A stretch of DNA of 64,000 nt from contig NC_088812.1 in assembly GCF_011386835.1 (NCBI RefSeq), positions 12,586,001-12,650,000 of the forward strand, in the 5' to 3' direction. Made by a program: the position numbers and the translations under genes. This document shows, piece by piece, positions 59,001-64,000 of the stretch. The notes under the pieces are model-generated. The model was not told the DNA's origin and made no database searches. It worked only from the letters and a program-made list of their open reading frames with translations. Source of the stretch: Chrysemys picta bellii (Eukaryota). Numbering within the stretch: position 1 is the stretch's first letter; the number at the start of each line of letters is the position of its first letter.

Positions 59001-60539
59001 CATTGAATTTCAACGGGAATTAGGTGCCTAAATGCCTGAGGATCCAGCCCTCCGTGCTAGCTCCAAGGGAAGACTGCCACCTACCGAGTCACCAACGCAC
59101 TTCAAGTGATGAAGGGCCCAGGTTGCTTAGGGAGAAATGCAGATGAGCCCGGCTACCTAGGAATCAGACCTGACCCCCGGGGTAACTGACACAGCATCAT
59201 TCACCAAGAACGCAGCGCTCACTGTGGAAATGGCAGGGGCCTTCAAATAACATGATGTAGGCAACAGAGGGTCCCCTTCATGGCACGTACGTCAAAACTT
59301 CAGATTTCATGCAGCGAGCCAGCGAAGGTTTGAAGTGGCGTGTGTCTGGATCAAAGGGAAATTCTAGGAGCAAAAGGTCATTTGACTCTGAGTCAGCCCT
59401 GAGGCTCTGCGCCATTTGCATATTGGATAAAACAATGGAATTAGCTAATTTGGTCAAAAATTCCCAACTCCAAAGAGATTGGAATTAGCGTCTGCGGGGA
59501 ATTGATTGCGTCCTTCAGACGGTGCCTCGGGCTTCAAAGGGAATTTCAGATTGGGCCTGACCAGGCAGGGCCTAAAGAGGGGGAGAAGCAGCGAGAGGAA
59601 GCGGCACAGGGATAGCCGCGGTTTGAGCTTTGGCAAGAGTAACTCTGTTCTGATGCTGATCATTACGTATAATTGTAGCGCAGTAAAAGCCCCCGTTGTG
59701 GCCCCCCTGTGCGAGGTGCTGTACACACACACAACAAAAGACCGGACGGTCTATGCAGCGGTAGCTCCCAATTGAAGCCTGAAATTGCACCGGCTTGTGG
59801 CAGGAGCGAATCTGGCCCATCATCCATATTTCTTGTCTTTATTTTCTATAATGAAATGAATTCTGCTAAGCGCAGGTCAGGAATAACCCTATCCTCAGGA
59901 TGGGATTTTTGCAGCCAAATGTTCAAAAATGGCCACGGCTTTTGGGAACCCAACATGAGCCCCCCCCCCGGGGCCTGATTTTCAGAGGGGCTGAGTATCT
60001 ACAACTCCCGTTGACGTCAGGCAACTTGGCTCTTTTAAAGGGCCAAAATGAAACCAACTCTGGTCCCAATCCTGGAGTGAGCTGTGTGCCAGGCAAACCC
60101 CATGTAAAAGCAGAGCTCCTTGCTGGATTGGCAAGTCCTCCAGTTGTTTTGGGTCCTGCACTCAAAAGACAAGACAGCTAGCAACACCTCCTAGAAACAG
60201 GTGGGGAGTACAGGAAAGGCCTGGTAGCACAGGGAGGCCAGGAGAGGCTGCCTGTTAATAGGGTCACACCCAGTTTGCTGGTAATTAACGTGTAATTCCG
60301 TAATGCGAATGAATCAATTGGGAAATAGTTATGCTCTAATGGGTCGTTCATGTTATGTCAGGACCAGGCCCGGTGCTGTGATAACTCTTGGCACTGGTCC
60401 GTCAGCGAGGAGCGGGATTTCTCGGCACCGATTCTCGGTCTGTTATTTAGGTGAATTAATGCTACTGGAGACGTGATTGGTTCATGGGGACTCTTGCTCC
60501 AGGCTGCTGTCCTGTCCTTTGCCGAGCGGTAGGGTGGCG

Positions 60540-61239
60540 CGATTATCGGCTGATGATCGATTATTGATCAGTCGATTATCGATCGATTTGACCCGCCGTC
60601 ACGTGGCAGATAATTTGGTAATCAAAATACAGAATGGAAAGTTGGCTGAGGGGGGGTGAATTCAGGACCGATCATCGATGGGGGCCAATAGCGCGGATCG
60701 ATCATTATAGATCGATTCTCGCCCACGCCCTCCGCCCCGCCCTCCGCCAGCTGTAGCCCGCGGGGCCAGCCCTGCCCATCGATGCTCTCGACGCTGGGCT
60801 GCTCCCCCAATCGATGCTCTCGGCTGCTCCTGCGGCAACCTGGCTATCGATGCGCTTCGCCGCTGCCCGGGGCTTCTCCCTGGCTCGATGCTCTCGGCAC
60901 TCGCCCGCTTCCCTGGCTCCCCTCGGAACGAGGGCTGAGCGCCTAGCGGCTCCCTGCTCGCTCGATTCATTCGGCGCTCGGCTGCTGCCAACGCCCCCCC
61001 CCCCCCGGAACGATGCTCTCGGTTGCTCCCTGCCAGCTCGATGCGCTCGGCGCGCGGTTGCCCCCGCCTGTCTCCTGGCAGTGGGACCGGAAGTGGCTCG
61101 GGGAGGGGAGGGGGGCCCGGTCCCTCCTCAGGTGAAGCCGCCGCCGATGGAGCCGCCGCTGCGGAGCCGCTGAGCCCCCCAGTCCCCACCCCCCAGCGGC
61201 CGGGCCGGGGGGCCCCTCCCCCGCAGCCCCTCCCCTCAG
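60540..61239 (+). promoter_or_regulatory. CpG-island promoter and probable first exon of the next gene (IKZF4 expected by synteny; no coding evidence in window)
   Basis: CpG-dense. GTCACGTG 60598-60605, ETS/GABP site CCGGAAGTG 61087-61095, donor ctcag|gtgaga at 61239/61240. Mammalian order is PMEL-CDK2-RAB5B-SUOX-IKZF4. Confidence 0.6.
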
Positions 61240-61269
61240 GTGAGAAGGGGGAGGGGCAGCTTGGCCGGG

Positions 61270-61670
61270 GGGTGGGGGTCCGGGGGGAGATGGGGGGACT
61301 GTGGGGTGGTGATGGAGGGGGAGGGGTTGGGCTGTGGGGAGGGGCTGTGGGGTCTGTGGGGAGGGGATAGAGGGGGTGGGCTGTGGGGTGGTGATGGGGG
61401 GGCTGTGGGGAGGGGATGGAGGGGGAGGGGTTGGGCTGTAGGGTGATGATGGGGGGGCTGTGGGGAGGGGATAGAGGGGGAGGGGGTGGGCTGTGGGGTG
61501 GGGAGGGGGTGGGCTGTGGGTAGGGGATATAGGGGGTGGGCTGTGGGGTGGTGATGGGGGGGCTGTGGGGAGGGGATAGAGGGGGAGGGGTTGGGCTGTG
61601 GTGTGGTAATGGGGGGTCTGTGGGGAGGGGATGGGGGGTGGGCTGTGGGGAGGTGGAGGGGGCTGGAAGG
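61270..61670. repeat. G-rich degenerate tandem repeat (gggctgtgggg...gatagaggggg/gtgatggggg)
   Basis: ggctgtgggg recurs more than 10 times immediately after the donor site. Confidence 0.85.
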
Positions 61671-61673
61671 GTT

Positions 61674-62678
61674 CATAGACTCATAGACTAGCAGGGTGGG
61701 AAGGGACCTTAGGAGGTATCTAGTCCAACCCCCTGCTCAGAACAGGACCAATCCCCAACTAAATCATCCCAGCCAGGGCTTTGTCAAACCGGGCCTTAAA
61801 AACCTCTTAGGATGGAGATTCCACCACCTCCCTAGGGAACCCATTCCAGTGCTTCTCCACCTTCCTAATATCCAACCTAGACCTCCCCCACTGTAACTCG
61901 AGACCATTGCTCCTTGTTCTGTCATCTGCCACCACTGAGAACAGCCGAGCTCCATCCTCTTTGGAACCCCCCTTCAGGTAGTTGAAGGCAGCTATCAAAT
62001 CCCCCCTCACTCTTCTCTTCTGCAAACTAAATAACCCCAGTTCCCTCAGCCTCTCCTCATAAGTCATGTGCTCCAGCCCCTGATCATTTTTGTTGCCCTC
62101 CGCTGGACTCTTTCCAATATTTCCACATCGTTCTTGTAGTGTGGGGCCCAAAACTGGACACAGTATTCCAGATGAGGCTTAACCAATGCCGAATAGAGGG
62201 GAACTATCACGTCCCTCGATCTGCTGGCAATGCCCCTACTTATACAGCCCAAAATGCTGTTAGCCTTCTTGGCAACAAGGGCACACTGTTGACTCATATC
62301 CAGCTTCTCGTCCACTGTAACCCCTAGGTCCTTTTCTGCAGAACTGCTGCCTAGCCAGTCGGTCCCCAGCCTGTAGCAGTGCATGGGATTCTTCCATCCT
62401 AAGTGCAGGACTCTGCACTTGTCCTTGTTGAACTTCATCAGGTTTCTTTTGGCCCAATCCTCTAATTTGTCTAGGTCCCTCTGTATCCTGCCCCTACCCT
62501 CCAGCATATCTACCACACCTCCCAGTTTAGTGTCATCTGCAAACTTGCTGAGGGTGCAATCCATGCCATCCTCCAGATCATTAATGAAGATATTGAACAA
62601 AACCGGCCCCAGGACCAACCCTTGGGGCACTCCACTTGATACCAGCTGCCAACTAGACATAGAGCCATTGATCACTAT
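61674..62678 (-). mobile_element. 5'-truncated CR1 LINE (RT C-terminal part plus 3' end)
   Basis: ORF 62064-62759: [22 protein letters not shown]...[10 protein letters not shown]...HLEYCVQFW. The tail catagactcatagact matches the 5335 fragment. Confidence 0.95.
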
Positions 62679-63837
62679 GACTATGGTTGGGGGCAGGGGC
62701 AGCTGTCCAGGAGTGGCGAGGGGGCTAAGGGAGGCGTCTGGGGTGGGTGGGGGAGGCAAGGTGGGTACAGAGGCATCTCTCTGGGAGGGAGGGGATGGCT
62801 GAGAGGAGAAGGCCGGGGTAATGGGGTGCGGCTGGCTGAGGTTGGAGGGCTGATAGGGGAACTATTGGGAATGGGGGGAGCATTGGGGAGTGTTTCCCTG
62901 CTGCTCAGGTGTCCCAGACTTCCTTTTTGAAGCCCCTTTTCTTCATGCTTGGGGGGGGCACTGGCGTGAGAGGGGATAGACTGGGGACATACCTGCGTCC
63001 TTCTATTTTCCCTTCTCGGTTCCTTTCCATACACTGCCCTGCAAGGTTGGTAGCTTTAGGGAACTGGGGTGGGGGGAGGTACACCCTTCCCTCCACAGGG
63101 ATCAGACTAAAGAATCCACAATAAATTGTCGCCTCCTAGGGTTTTACTTGTAGTTACTTTTGGAAGAGAGGAAAGAAACACTCTCTGATTCCCCCCACCA
63201 TCACTTCCAGCCTGTTACCCTTCTCCCTTTACTTTGGCCACTCCCCGCTCTCGAATGGTCCTGTAGTTTGACATGATATTCCTCTATAAGAAAAAAGAAA
63301 CGTAACCTGACTGTTTTGGTGGCACTTGGTGGTACCAGGCACCCTGTGGGGGTGTGGGAAGAATGAAGGGTTTCACATTTTTAGAAATGCAACGATAGTT
63401 TCTTATTTCTAGTCCTTCAGGGACAGTGAATCTTGTTGGATTTCCATAAAATTGCTTTGCCTCCCTGCTTCAGTCCAGTGTCTTGTAGGTTGATTTGTCT
63501 GATCATCTTACATTCTTGGAGGTATTTCTTTTCCGTTGCTTAAAGTAACTTACCCTTTTCCTAGCCCGGCCGATGCAGCTGTGTGCACATTGTATTACTT
63601 ACAGCTGGCGTGATGGTGCACGTGCACAAGGTGGCGGAGTTAAGGTTAAGGCTGCTGTTGGATAATACTTAGCACTTTTCATCTGAGAAGCGTGAAACTG
63701 TCAGGTTGGTGTCTGGCTTAGATGATGATTTCCTTGCTCAGCTTTATCTCTGCACTAACAGTTCCATTTGTTGGGGTATTTGGAAGATTTACTCATAATC
63801 TTGAATGTCTTTACCCGCGTCAGACCCCTCTGAAGGC

Positions 63838-63972
63838 GGGAAGTGCTGCTGTCCTCATTTTACAGATGGGGAGCTGAGCCACAAGAGGCTAAGTGACTTG
63901 AGCAAGGTCATTCAAGAAGTCTTTGGTGGAGCAGGGAATTGAACCCGGGTGTCCCACGTCCCAGGCTAGCAC
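63838..63972 (-). mobile_element. CORE-SINE/MIR-like element
   Basis: cattttacagatggggagctgagccacaagaggctaagtgacttgagcaaggtca...gggaattgaacccggg (reverse core plus B-box). Confidence 0.75.
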
Positions 63973-64000
63973 CTGTGATTACTTTATTTGTATTACCATA

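Overview
GC-rich vertebrate genomic DNA. The repeat complement (CR1 LINEs, hAT and Harbinger MITEs, CORE-SINE remnants, C/G-rich 60-67 bp minisatellites) suggests a reptile, most likely a turtle (inference). It carries the conserved PMEL-CDK2-RAB5B-SUOX block: PMEL exons 1-3 on the minus strand (truncated by the window start), complete CDK2 (7 coding exons, 298 aa), RAB5B (215 aa) and SUOX (~548 aa) on the plus strand. A further CpG-island promoter and first exon lie near 61 kb, which by mammalian synteny should belong to IKZF4. The standout is an apparently intact, very young Gmr1-type Ty3/Gypsy retrotransposon antisense in CDK2 intron 5. It has a SCAN-like gag, the PR-IN-RT-RH order in one 1615-aa ORF, and LTRs that look identical. 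Instead of a short target-site duplication, it is flanked by a 322-bp direct duplication of host intron, and one LTR lacks its terminal 12 bp. Also notable: 11 CCAAT boxes plus a perfect DR1 at the RAB5B promoter, 9 ATCGAT palindromes at the 61-kb promoter, and MITF-type E-boxes in PMEL intron 1. All comparisons were by eye; no database searches were run.
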